Source: a virus. From it: 64,000 nt of DNA. A program made the translations under genes and the position numbers. Shown in pieces: positions 26,161 to 35,871 of this stretch; position 1 is the stretch's first letter; every line of letters starts with the position of its first letter. The DNA lies in the IMG/VR virus record IMGVR_UViG_3300032675_000009, positions 1-64,000 of that record; one strand, 5' to 3'. The notes beneath the pieces are model-generated. The model had not been told where the DNA came from and ran no database searches. It saw nothing but the letters and a program-made list of their open reading frames with translations.

Positions 26161-27135
26161 GTGGCCCTAACCCTCACGGAAATCAACAGCTACACCGTCC
26201 CATTTATCGTACCCAGGACAAGCGACACAATCTTTAAAAATAGTCCTGTCTTTACGCGCCTTCAGACCAAGCAGCGGCAGCGGTTCACCGGTGGTACGCA
26301 AATTCAGCGGCCGATCATCGTTGGCGAACTGAACGGTGATTTCGTCAACCGTGGTGAAGCGATGAACATCGACTTCGTGACCACGGACACGGCCCTGGTC
26401 AACAACATGAAGCTGTGCTACGTGACCATCGCGCTGTACGGTTACGACAGCATGCTGAACGACGGGCCGGAGGCGATCTTCAGCCAGGTCGAAACCAAGT
26501 TCCTCAACGCGTCCATGAAGATGGCGAAACTGATGGGGACCAACATGTACCTGGACGGCACGTCGACCAGCGGCCGCACCAAGTACCTGAACGGTTTTTC
26601 GGAGTGGATCGACGACGGCAACCTGTATCCCTCGGTCGGCGGCATCAACCGTGCGGACATCGTGCCAGTTGGAACGGTCGGTGGCCTGAACGCGTACACC
26701 GCGACCATGACCAGCTTCCAGTTGCAGACCGTGAACTCGGCTTACGGACAAGCGTGGTTCGGCGCCGACCATCCGGATTTGATCCCGTCGACACAGAACG
26801 GCTGGAACTTCATTTGGAATGCGCTGCAGCCCAGCCAGCGTTACCCTGACCCCAACGGCGACATGGCGACCACCGGGTTCCAGTCGTTCCGATTCAACGC
26901 GGCGGATGTCGTGGTTGACAAGTACATGCCGACCGGCACCTCCGGAGTCATGTTCCTGCTGAACACCGATTACATCGAGTGGTACTTCAGCACCAACCCC
27001 AAGTTCCAGTTCGGATTCACCGGTTTCAAGGAACAGGTCAATTCGATCGACGTGGCCGGAGAATTCCTCTGCGGCTCCAACATCGTGTGCCCCAACCCCA
27101 GAACCTCGGCCAAGATCCTGAGCACGCTGTTCTAA
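26161..27135 (+). CDS. major capsid protein
   Basis: 324 aa, strongly biased codons, AAGGAG SD; GG..I..PI and LNG....I patterns recalled from HK97-fold capsids. Confidence 0.85.
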   Translation: MALTLTEINSYTVPFIVPRTSDTIFKNSPVFTRLQTKQRQRFTGGTQIQRPIIVGELNGDFVNRGEAMNIDFVTTDTALVNNMKLCYVTIALYGYDSMLNDGPEAIFSQVETKFLNASMKMAKLMGTNMYLDGTSTSGRTKYLNGFSEWIDDGNLYPSVGGINRADIVPVGTVGGLNAYTATMTSFQLQTVNSAYGQAWFGADHPDLIPSTQNGWNFIWNALQPSQRYPDPNGDMATTGFQSFRFNAADVVVDKYMPTGTSGVMFLLNTDYIEWYFSTNPKFQFGFTGFKEQVNSIDVAGEFLCGSNIVCPNPRTSAKILSTLF

Positions 27136-27163
27136 GGAAGAAAGAGAAAGGAGACCAAAGAAC

Positions 27164-27667
27164 ATGACTATCACAGACGTAGCAGTTGGCCTCGGCGGGT
27201 TGGTGACACTTCGCAAGTTCACCATCCCCTACAACGACCCCAACCTGATCGCGCTTGGAGCGGTGACGGCCGGCAATGTGAACTTGGCGGTGTCGTCCTT
27301 GACAAATGCGCCGATTCAGCCGACGACAAGCCCAGTGCAGGGATACCTACTGAATCAAGCGGCAAAGATTCTCGGTGTCTGTATTCACCACACCACGGCG
27401 TTCACCGGAACGGGTCCGCTCACTGCCCTCACGGTCAGCGTCGGAAATTCGATCAGTAACACTCAGTTCACCAACACTCAGGACATTTTCCAGGCAACTG
27501 GAGACACGGTGCTGTTGGAAACCGGTGGCCTGTTCAAATGCGGCCAGATCACCCCCAGCCAAGTCTTTGCTCGGTTCACTGCGACAGGCGGAAACCTGAA
27601 CGTGCTAACGGCCGGCTCGGTGGATATTTACGTGATGTTTACGGACGTCACCAGTCCAAGTGAATAA
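27164..27667 (+). CDS. putative capsid decoration protein
   Basis: Follows MCP; beta-rich; ...LTAGSVDIYV C-terminus. Confidence 0.6.
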   Translation: MTITDVAVGLGGLVTLRKFTIPYNDPNLIALGAVTAGNVNLAVSSLTNAPIQPTTSPVQGYLLNQAAKILGVCIHHTTAFTGTGPLTALTVSVGNSISNTQFTNTQDIFQATGDTVLLETGGLFKCGQITPSQVFARFTATGGNLNVLTAGSVDIYVMFTDVTSPSE

Positions 27668-27676
27668 AGGGGAACC

Positions 27677-28300
27677 ATGGCCGCTCAATACGATCCAGCC
27701 AGACTGTTATCCCCGAATGGGAACAACTCGTGGTACTCGGGCACCGGGTATCCCACACTGTCCACGGACGGTACTTTCGCCCAGGGCGATATCATTTTCA
27801 ACAAGGCCCCGTCGGCCACATCGAACGTATTCGCGTGGATCTGCATCACAGGTGGTACGCCGGGAACCTGGCTACCGCTGTCGATCGCAACGAACACCCA
27901 GTTCGGCACCAGCCCGCAACTGATCGGGCACGCGCAGTACAGCTTTGCCAATGATGGCGGGGCGGTCGGCGCGATCACGCCGGCCAACAACGTCACGCTC
28001 CCCGCAAACGCGGTGATCGTGAACGTGTCTATCCAGTCGACCACCGCAGTGACTTCGGGTGGCGCGGCCACGGTTGCAATTGGGACCTCGGCCGGATCGT
28101 CCGCAAATTCACTGCTGGCCGCAACCGGTAAGGCGTCATTTACGGCCGGAGCATTCGTGCAGGGCATTCCGGTTCCGCAAACTGCGTCTACTTGGGTCAA
28201 GTTGACCGCAGCCGGCAGTATCACTGCAACGGTAGCAACGGCCGCATTGACGGCGGGAGTTATCGAGATCTATGTTTTCTACTTCGTCTCCAGCACTTAG
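27677..28300 (+). CDS. putative capsid decoration/cement protein
   Basis: LPANAVI...LTAGVIEIYV; similar C-terminus to preceding gene. Confidence 0.6.
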   Translation: MAAQYDPARLLSPNGNNSWYSGTGYPTLSTDGTFAQGDIIFNKAPSATSNVFAWICITGGTPGTWLPLSIATNTQFGTSPQLIGHAQYSFANDGGAVGAITPANNVTLPANAVIVNVSIQSTTAVTSGGAATVAIGTSAGSSANSLLAATGKASFTAGAFVQGIPVPQTASTWVKLTAAGSITATVATAALTAGVIEIYVFYFVSST

Positions 28301-28322
28301 ACGGGGGATCGCAATCATGATG

Positions 28323-28363
28323 GCCCGCTCTATATCCGGATTCGGACATGGGGCGGGCTTTTT
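28323..28363 (+). terminator. terminator hairpin whose apex is the 16-bp palindrome
   Basis: gcccgctc-TATCCGGATTCGGACA-gggcgggc followed by T5. Confidence 0.65.
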
Positions 28364-28380
28364 CAATTAACAGGTACTGA

Positions 28381-29562
28381 ATGGCCATTTATCCAGATAC
28401 GCTCTCAACGATGGTTGGACGGGTTCAGCAAATAAAGCCGAACGCCAAGCCCGAGCAGTGCCGTAATTGGCTAAACGATCGGGTGCGGGAAGCGATCGAC
28501 GCCAGGCCATTCTGGTCGGACATGATGCGTAATGGCATCATCTCTATCCCCAACCCGTACACGACCGGAACGGTTTCGGCAAGCTATCAATCGAACCTCT
28601 TGATCGGAAGTGGGACCGGGTGGCCGGTGGCGGACCTGGTGAATACGACGCTAACGACCGGAGTGAGCGCGATCGGTTATCAGTGGGTGACCCCAGCGTC
28701 CATGAATGGAATCACTGGGGATACGCTTCTTCTGGTTGACGCGGGTACGCCATCCCAAGAAGTAGTCTCGGTCGTACAGGTTGGGCAAACATCGTTTTTG
28801 GCTCAGTTTCAATTCACCCACAACGGCAGCCAGAACAATCCCCAGTCGGGCACCATCGCGACATTGACATGCTCGTCACTGACTCAACTTCAAATCCAGA
28901 TGGCTTCGTACCAACCGATATTCACGGTCAACGCTGTCGTGAGTCCGACTGAGATCATAATGGACCAGCAGTTCGGTGGGCCCAGTGTGAGCGCGACGAA
29001 CTATTCAATCCTGAAGGTCTACTGTACGATGCCTTCGGACTTCAAGGACTTCCTCAGTGTCAAGGATCCGGTTCAGGGAATACCGCTCGAGTTCCATGTA
29101 AGCCAGCGGCAGATCGACTGTATTGACCCACAGCGCAGTTCGAGTGGGGAACCACAATGCTTGGTCGATAGAATCCCGGACAGCAACGGAAACATGCAGT
29201 ACGAGATTTACCCGACAAGCGTTTCCGCGCGACAGTTGCCGTACATCTATTGCGCCCAGTGGCCGGAGATGAAAAAGCCCAGCGACAAACCGCCATGGTT
29301 CATCAATCCCTCCGTATTCGTTTATGGCGCCACGGCGGATGCGTTGATCACCAAGCTGGGGAAGACGGACGAATACTACGACCCGGTTGGATCAAAGTAT
29401 TGGCTTCAGCGCTTCACTTCCGCGCTCGAGGCCGCCGTTAACGCAGACGAAAGCAAGGCTGTCCGAAATTACACGACGGCGATGGATCAATTGTGGGGCT
29501 TCAGCCTGAATAGTAAGTTCGGCCAGAGCCATGACATCCAAGCGATTCTTGGGTATTTCTAA
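28381..29562 (+). CDS. head-tail adaptor-like protein
   Basis: Helical N-terminus (WLND), EIYP, FVYGA.ADA; position. Confidence 0.6.
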   Translation: MAIYPDTLSTMVGRVQQIKPNAKPEQCRNWLNDRVREAIDARPFWSDMMRNGIISIPNPYTTGTVSASYQSNLLIGSGTGWPVADLVNTTLTTGVSAIGYQWVTPASMNGITGDTLLLVDAGTPSQEVVSVVQVGQTSFLAQFQFTHNGSQNNPQSGTIATLTCSSLTQLQIQMASYQPIFTVNAVVSPTEIIMDQQFGGPSVSATNYSILKVYCTMPSDFKDFLSVKDPVQGIPLEFHVSQRQIDCIDPQRSSSGEPQCLVDRIPDSNGNMQYEIYPTSVSARQLPYIYCAQWPEMKKPSDKPPWFINPSVFVYGATADALITKLGKTDEYYDPVGSKYWLQRFTSALEAAVNADESKAVRNYTTAMDQLWGFSLNSKFGQSHDIQAILGYF

Positions 29563-29584
29563 CCAGACGGAGAAAGGGAAGCAC

Positions 29585-29863
29585 ATGAAAAAAGCCAAAG
29601 ACAACGGGCAATTGACGGATCGCAGGATGGACGGCAATCTGTCTCCAGTGAACAAGATCCCGGCCGGAATTCACTCTTTCGACCAAGAACGCATTCAAGC
29701 CCAAAACCGAATGCACGCCAACTGTGACGAGGTGAAACGAGGTGGGCCTCCCAACTGGAACGAGCAGACGTTCAGGGATCACCACGTTCTGGAAGAAGGC
29801 CGCCGCCGGCATTATTCCGGAGCAAGCACGTTCGTTCAAGGGCAGGGTGTCAGGAAGGACTAG
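29585..29863 (+). CDS. hypothetical protein
   Basis: AAAGGGA SD. Confidence 0.55.
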   Translation: MKKAKDNGQLTDRRMDGNLSPVNKIPAGIHSFDQERIQAQNRMHANCDEVKRGGPPNWNEQTFRDHHVLEEGRRRHYSGASTFVQGQGVRKD

Positions 29864-29865
29864 TA

Positions 29866-30507
29866 TTGCCCTCGATTCCGCTTTCTGAACTGCAGGCTCG
29901 TGTGTATCGAAGGGTAGAGGATAATTCACTCTTCTACCCTGAGTACCAGGTAACCAATGCGATCAACGAGGCCCTGCAAGTTCTCAATCTGTTCACCGGG
30001 TATTACCAGACCACCCTGCAGATCGGGCTCAGCGTGGCCAATCGATTTTTCTATAACATCCCGAACAACATGATCTTCCCGATGCAGGTGTACATTGATC
30101 AGCGCATGATCTACAAGTCGCCGCTGTCGGATACTTGCCGGATGGTGACTAACTTCTTGCGCAATGATCAACTGCAGGACGGGTCTCCGCTGTATTGGGT
30201 GCCGATTGGAATTCGGTTGTTTGTGCTGACGCCGGCGGATACGACGGGTGGCCGGCAACTGGAAGTGGTTGGGGTGGTGGAGCCGCCGGTGCTCGCAGCC
30301 AGTACCGACGTGGCCCAACTTTCAGATAGCTGGATGGAGTTGATCGAGGACTACGCGTTCTATACGTTGGTCCTAACGGAAGGCGGAAAAATCTTTGCCG
30401 ACGCAAGCAAGCTGTTTCAGAAGTTTCAAAAGCGCATGGGCGAACTTCAGATGTGGCAATTGCAGATCAACCCTCGATACTTTGTCGAAGTGGAGAATCA
30501 AAAATAA
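29866..30507 (+). CDS. head-tail adaptor-like protein
   Basis: L.ELQ.RV...AINEA...TPAD...LI.DYA pattern. Confidence 0.6.
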   Translation: MPSIPLSELQARVYRRVEDNSLFYPEYQVTNAINEALQVLNLFTGYYQTTLQIGLSVANRFFYNIPNNMIFPMQVYIDQRMIYKSPLSDTCRMVTNFLRNDQLQDGSPLYWVPIGIRLFVLTPADTTGGRQLEVVGVVEPPVLAASTDVAQLSDSWMELIEDYAFYTLVLTEGGKIFADASKLFQKFQKRMGELQMWQLQINPRYFVEVENQK

Positions 30508-31353
30508 ATGGCTGTCTTGGTGGGGACCATCATCTCGGCGGTTTGCGATGTCATTCTCGAGCCGTATATCAATGGGGACTTCACTGCCGGCGGAGGGCCG
30601 CAACTCGGCATTATTACCGAGGCGGACCTGCTGGCCACCTATCAAGTTGTGATCACGGACTTTCTTCAGCAAGCGGGATTGGTCAAGAGGGCATGTGGGA
30701 TTCTCCAGCAATTTGGAGTGAGCACCTACAACGTGATCAATTCGGCCAATGATGTCCAGGAGGTATTTTCCGACCAGGTAGCTCTCTTCACCACCGATGG
30801 ATTCGATCTTGACCGAGAGAATCCGGTATGGCAACAGATGGTAGGGACGCCGTGGGAGTGGAGACAGGACAGGACCAAGATGAAAAGCTTCGTTGTTATT
30901 CCGGCGCCAGACGGTACGGGTTCGACCGTATACGAATCAACGGGCTTGGGGGGATACGGAACGCTGTCGGCATTCAACAATGGAACAATTTCCATATCCT
31001 TCACCAATGCAGGCTATGGAACTCTTTCTGCAGACTCCGGAACGATGGCGTTATTGCCGGCCAACCTCGGCATTGGAACGCTGTCCAGTATCATCCCAGC
31101 ACAGGGCAATTTAATGCCGGTGGCAACGGCCGGGCTGAGCACGTCACAAGTGTACATGGGGTCAATCATGGAAGCCCTACCGGACAGCTTCGCGTGCTAT
31201 ATCAAATACGGAATTTTGGCTAAATTGTTTTCTGCGGACGGCGAATTGAAAGATAACCAGCGGGCGATTTATTGTCACGCTCGCTACCTGGAGGGGGTCA
31301 ATATGGCCAAGGCAATCACTAAGGAAATGATTGGATCGAGAGGAGTGAAATAA
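30508..31353 (+). CDS. adaptor/tail tubular-like protein
   Basis: GTP..W, IPAPD, LPD.F..YIKYG.LA pattern. Confidence 0.55.
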   Translation: MAVLVGTIISAVCDVILEPYINGDFTAGGGPQLGIITEADLLATYQVVITDFLQQAGLVKRACGILQQFGVSTYNVINSANDVQEVFSDQVALFTTDGFDLDRENPVWQQMVGTPWEWRQDRTKMKSFVVIPAPDGTGSTVYESTGLGGYGTLSAFNNGTISISFTNAGYGTLSADSGTMALLPANLGIGTLSSIIPAQGNLMPVATAGLSTSQVYMGSIMEALPDSFACYIKYGILAKLFSADGELKDNQRAIYCHARYLEGVNMAKAITKEMIGSRGVK

Positions 31354-31809
31354 ATGTCTTCAGCGGCGATAGCAACGTTTCGAGAATTGTACCTACAAGA
31401 CCTCGCAATAGGAACGGCAGAGGGGCAAACAGATACGGTTAACGTTCTCGGAGTTGGCCCCACGGCGCTTACCAAGATTACGTTGGCTAGCTTGGCGGCG
31501 TCTCTCGTAAACGCACCAACCGGAGATGCCGCTGCGGGTGCGGCCGGAGTGAGGACTGGGGTTCTGTATGTGGGTCCCGGCGGCGGACTATGCGTGAAGG
31601 GCCCAGATGCCGCCGTCGTGGCCACGGCGAATGGAAGCCAGACTTCTTTTTCCTACACTTTTACAAATGGCTGCTACGCCTGTTTGGGGTTCGTCGGCGG
31701 CGCACTGCAGGCGCCTTCCACTATGGCGGTGGTAAGCGGTGTAGCAACGATGACCCTTGGAACCCCGCCGGCATCTGGAACTCAAATCATATTCGTGAGG
31801 ACCGCATAA
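31354..31809 (+). CDS. putative structural protein
   Basis: ANGSQTSF...TPPASGTQI beta domain; adjacent genes. Confidence 0.6.
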   Translation: MSSAAIATFRELYLQDLAIGTAEGQTDTVNVLGVGPTALTKITLASLAASLVNAPTGDAAAGAAGVRTGVLYVGPGGGLCVKGPDAAVVATANGSQTSFSYTFTNGCYACLGFVGGALQAPSTMAVVSGVATMTLGTPPASGTQIIFVRTA

Positions 31810-34800
31810 TGCGAAAAGTGCTAACGCTTCTCATTGTCATGTCCGGATTCGGACATGCTCAAGCCCCTCCAGCTACTGTGCAGTTGACGCACGTAGACAA
31901 CATAACTAGCTCGAGCGGGACAATCATAGACAATCGAAGTGCGGCGTACCGGCAAAACAACGCACACCTGTTTTGCGCGATTGGCCCCGGAACATGGTCG
32001 GTGACCATCCAGTACCAAGACGGATCGACAACTGGAAGCTGGACAAATTTCTCGGACCCGACTGCAACCGTTGCGGGAAGTCCTCTGTGTGTCGGAGCCG
32101 CGAATGGGTATCACGATTACATAAGGTTTTCATTTTCCGGAGCTAATGCTTCAACCGTTTCGGTTTCGTATTCAGGGCTGAGGAATGTTTACCAATTGAC
32201 CTACGCGACATCGGCATCTGGACCGGCCGGGGGAGATCTATCCGGTTCATATCCGAACCCAACCGTAGCCAAAATCAACGGAACGTCGTTGGCGAGCCTT
32301 GCATCAGGGTTGATGTTCAACACTAATGGGACCGGCGTTCCATCGATCGTCACGAGCCCCAGCGTGATCATCAGCCTTTTCAGTGGATGCTCGGGCACGC
32401 AGTATCTGGGTGCGGACGGATCATGCCACACGCCGGGCACAATAACCTCAATCACGACCAATTCGCCTGTAACCGGCGGACCCGTAACATCCGGAGCTAT
32501 CACGCTCGGCTGTCCCGGTTGCGTGACATCTTACCTGCCTGGAGTCGGCGTTGCTCACTTCGCCGGTGGTAATCAGGTGGTCACTAGTTCCGCTGTCAGC
32601 TTGACGGCCGATGTATCTGGAACGCTTCCAGTGGGTAATGGTGGGACCGGAACAGCAAGCACTCTCACTGGGCTAGTGCGTGGCGGGCCGAGCGCAATGA
32701 CAGCTTCGGAGTTGTCAGGAGACGCCACAACGAGCGGCAGTAACGTCGTAACGGTTTCCAGGATCAACGGGACCTCGCTGGCCGGTCTTGCTTCCGGGGT
32801 ACTATACAACACCACAGGCACGGGAATATTGTCGATCGCGCCGGTACAAGGCAATGGATCTAAGGTTCAGTTGAGCACCGGAACCACCACGACTGGCCAT
32901 TGCGTACAATACGACGCAAGCGGCAATACGGTAGATGCCGGCGCATTGTGTGGAACGATAACGGCATTGACCGGTGATGTGGTAGCAAGTGGTCCGGGAA
33001 GCTCGGCGGCTACAGTAAAGGCCGTAAACGGCACCACGCTAAGTAGCTTGGCAACAGGACTTTACTGGAACACGACGGCTACCGGAGTACCAAGCATAGC
33101 AACCGGATCCCAGGTGTTGGGGGTGATCGGCGCCGGCAATATCGGAAATTCATATTTGACGAATAGCGGCATCACATTCGGTTCTACTGCACAGGCGCTC
33201 GGCTCAACGGTAACAAACCTAAATGGCGTAAATGTGGGCCCGTCGACACCTGCAACCGGATCCTTCACTTCTCTGTCGGCATCAACGTTGACAGTGAACG
33301 GGGCGGCTAGCAGCCAATTGGTGAGTTACTTCAAAAGCCCAACCGGAAATGCAAGTTACCTGGAAGTAGGAAGCGCTAGCAGTAACTACGCCGAATTAGA
33401 AGGGGATTCTTCCGGCAATTTTCTTCTAGGCCATTATGGCGTCACGAGTGGAGTACTGCAAAGCATTCGATCTGGCGCTGTGTCAGGTACGATCGTAATG
33501 CAAAACGGTAACGTGCGAATGCAAAGCTTGGGGACCGGGCCCGTTGTCAGCAATTCGGGGGTTCTCGGAAATGCGACAGTGGCGAACTACAACGGCATCT
33601 TGCCGGTAACGCTTTGTACGGCGTGCGCGCTCAATGGAACCACGGACGACACCGCAGCGTTTCAGACGTGGCTCAACTCCGTCGCCAACGGCAGTACCCC
33701 AGTCACGATCTCTCTTGCGGGAAAGACGGTGTACCTATCCTCTCCTACGCTTCAGTCTCCGTTTACGATCCCGTCTAATGTGCAATTTATCGGTCCTGGG
33801 ACTATCAAGGGGACGGCCGTAAATGAGACCGGAGGATATCCTCTGCCAACATCGTACATTTCGATTGCTGGCACGTTGGGGACAGCCTACAGCTACGGAT
33901 CGACCATCGCACAGGGAACTAGTGCGTTCACGCTGAGCAATGGCTTCAGTGAGGCCCAGATGTTCCTGCTGAGCAATTTCCCCTACGACAGTTCTCACGC
34001 AACCGGGACGTATCCGCAAGGGTCCGACACTTGCACGTTAGTAACGGGCAATCCCCAAAATCAGTGCTCGTACCCGGTAGCCATTGCAACCACCAAGGGA
34101 ACGGCATCGGGCTCGAGCACCACCTTGACGGTTTCATCTGGGGCCGGGACAGCCAACGGTCAGTACATCGCCGGAACAAACATTCCGGCCAATACGACAA
34201 TCGTAAGTGGTGGCGGCACAACAACGTGGACGATCAGCAACGCCACAACGGGCGCGATCAGCGGCGCGACCATTAACACTTACGCGACGGCGGCGCTTGC
34301 GGTTTTGAATAACGATGTGGGTCAAGAAGGGCCAAATAATCAGCGCCAGAATCGGCGCGAAGAAGTCGGCTTAATTCGCTCGGCTACTGGGTCTTCAATA
34401 TTACTCATGGAGCCTGTTGTTCAGGCTTATACATCCACCACGGCCCTGCAATTTCAGGTTGTGAATCCGGCTCAAAATATTGAATTTTATGGAGTCACGC
34501 TTAGCGGCCTCTGGATCCAGATGGACCTGAGTAAGAATGTGTCATTTCGCGGCGGCAATTGGTTTCAGACTTCGATCGGATATTCCCGATCGCTGTATGG
34601 CACGATGGACCCGGACTACGACGACGCGCAGAACTGCGATTGCGGCGTAGCCGTGGGACTCGGATCTCGGCACATGGACATTCGCGGAAACTACGGTAAC
34701 GGAGCAATCAATAGCGACAACGGCCTAGTTCGTTGCGACATGTGCTCGGACACCACCATCAACGTGAATCTCGGAGGCACGTCTCAATCTCCATCAGGAG

Positions 34801-35864
34801 TATCCGGTGGAGAGGTGATGGAAAACATCATTGTGGACACAGGCTATTTCGAGAATCCGACAGGTTACACCTCGGGGGGAGACTACAACCTCAACATCAA
34901 GGCGACGGCGGCGCAGAATCCTTGTCAGGTCGGCCTTGTGATGTTCGGCTCTTCGCTGGCTCCGATTGAAAACGTTAACATTGAGTGGAACACCGAGGCC
35001 GTCCAGGGGACTACCTCGACATGTTACGGCGCGGCCGTTCAGATGTCCGGCGTTAGCAGCGGTCGACTGAACATGGAAGACCCTTACGGGACGCTGTATG
35101 TGCAGGGAACGCACGATGTCAAATTAAGCGGTCATGCTCATCGGTTTTATAGTGCGGCCCCGGTAACGTTGCCCTATGGTTGGGGTTCTTCGTGGAACAA
35201 CGATGCTCTCGACTTCAACGGCATCACGTTTGTTTCTGCTTCCACAGATGGCACAGCAGGAGTTACGCCGATGTACTGCCAGTATTGCGACCATACCAAA
35301 CTGTCCAATGTTACTTTTGACCAGCGCAACTACAACAATGGAGTGAACATCGGGAACACCAGCACAGATATCTGGTATGGAAATGTGAACTGGCTGATGA
35401 CAGGCGCGGCCACGCCGGCGTTTGATTGCTCGGCATTCACTGGGACGCTCCACATTCTAGGCGATGTGCAGTACCAGAACGCTATCAACGTGTCCGACTG
35501 TGGGACAACCTCGACCTACCTGCACGGGTTCACATCCAACTACGGCGCGACGATCGGAGATCCTACCAGTTCCAGCCAGATCGTAAATATCAGCCGCCAT
35601 GTGCGGTACGTGAACAGTTCATTCAACCCCGGCACCGTCCCGGCCGGAGGGGTATATTCACTTAGTGGGCAATCGCTGTATTCAGTCGCCCTAGGAGAGG
35701 CCGTCAGTTGCGGATTCTCTGCGCTAACAGGATCGTATTCCGCTATGACTATTGGTGCCAATGTAACGGCATTCGGTACTATCCAGGTAAACCTCTACAA
35801 CCCGACTGGAAGTTCTCTAGCGCCTGGTGCCGGCCAAGTAACCTGTGACGCATTCGTTCACTAA
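31809..35864 (+). CDS. large tail-fibre/tailspike-like protein with signal peptide
   Basis: Start MRKVLTLLIVMSGFGHA|Q; GPAGGDLSGSYPNP, GTLPVGNGGTG, NGTTDDTAAFQ beta-helix cap. Confidence 0.75.
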   Translation: MRKVLTLLIVMSGFGHAQAPPATVQLTHVDNITSSSGTIIDNRSAAYRQNNAHLFCAIGPGTWSVTIQYQDGSTTGSWTNFSDPTATVAGSPLCVGAANGYHDYIRFSFSGANASTVSVSYSGLRNVYQLTYATSASGPAGGDLSGSYPNPTVAKINGTSLASLASGLMFNTNGTGVPSIVTSPSVIISLFSGCSGTQYLGADGSCHTPGTITSITTNSPVTGGPVTSGAITLGCPGCVTSYLPGVGVAHFAGGNQVVTSSAVSLTADVSGTLPVGNGGTGTASTLTGLVRGGPSAMTASELSGDATTSGSNVVTVSRINGTSLAGLASGVLYNTTGTGILSIAPVQGNGSKVQLSTGTTTTGHCVQYDASGNTVDAGALCGTITALTGDVVASGPGSSAATVKAVNGTTLSSLATGLYWNTTATGVPSIATGSQVLGVIGAGNIGNSYLTNSGITFGSTAQALGSTVTNLNGVNVGPSTPATGSFTSLSASTLTVNGAASSQLVSYFKSPTGNASYLEVGSASSNYAELEGDSSGNFLLGHYGVTSGVLQSIRSGAVSGTIVMQNGNVRMQSLGTGPVVSNSGVLGNATVANYNGILPVTLCTACALNGTTDDTAAFQTWLNSVANGSTPVTISLAGKTVYLSSPTLQSPFTIPSNVQFIGPGTIKGTAVNETGGYPLPTSYISIAGTLGTAYSYGSTIAQGTSAFTLSNGFSEAQMFLLSNFPYDSSHATGTYPQGSDTCTLVTGNPQNQCSYPVAIATTKGTASGSSTTLTVSSGAGTANGQYIAGTNIPANTTIVSGGGTTTWTISNATTGAISGATINTYATAALAVLNNDVGQEGPNNQRQNRREEVGLIRSATGSSILLMEPVVQAYTSTTALQFQVVNPAQNIEFYGVTLSGLWIQMDLSKNVSFRGGNWFQTSIGYSRSLYGTMDPDYDDAQNCDCGVAVGLGSRHMDIRGNYGNGAINSDNGLVRCDMCSDTTINVNLGGTSQSPSGVSGGEVMENIIVDTGYFENPTGYTSGGDYNLNIKATAAQNPCQVGLVMFGSSLAPIENVNIEWNTEAVQGTTSTCYGAAVQMSGVSSGRLNMEDPYGTLYVQGTHDVKLSGHAHRFYSAAPVTLPYGWGSSWNNDALDFNGITFVSASTDGTAGVTPMYCQYCDHTKLSNVTFDQRNYNNGVNIGNTSTDIWYGNVNWLMTGAATPAFDCSAFTGTLHILGDVQYQNAINVSDCGTTSTYLHGFTSNYGATIGDPTSSSQIVNISRHVRYVNSSFNPGTVPAGGVYSLSGQSLYSVALGEAVSCGFSALTGSYSAMTIGANVTAFGTIQVNLYNPTGSSLAPGAGQVTCDAFVH

Positions 35865-35871
35865 GGAAACA

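Noticed and set aside
26167-27225. 352-aa minus-strand ORF
   Set aside because: Antisense shadow of the codon-biased capsid gene.
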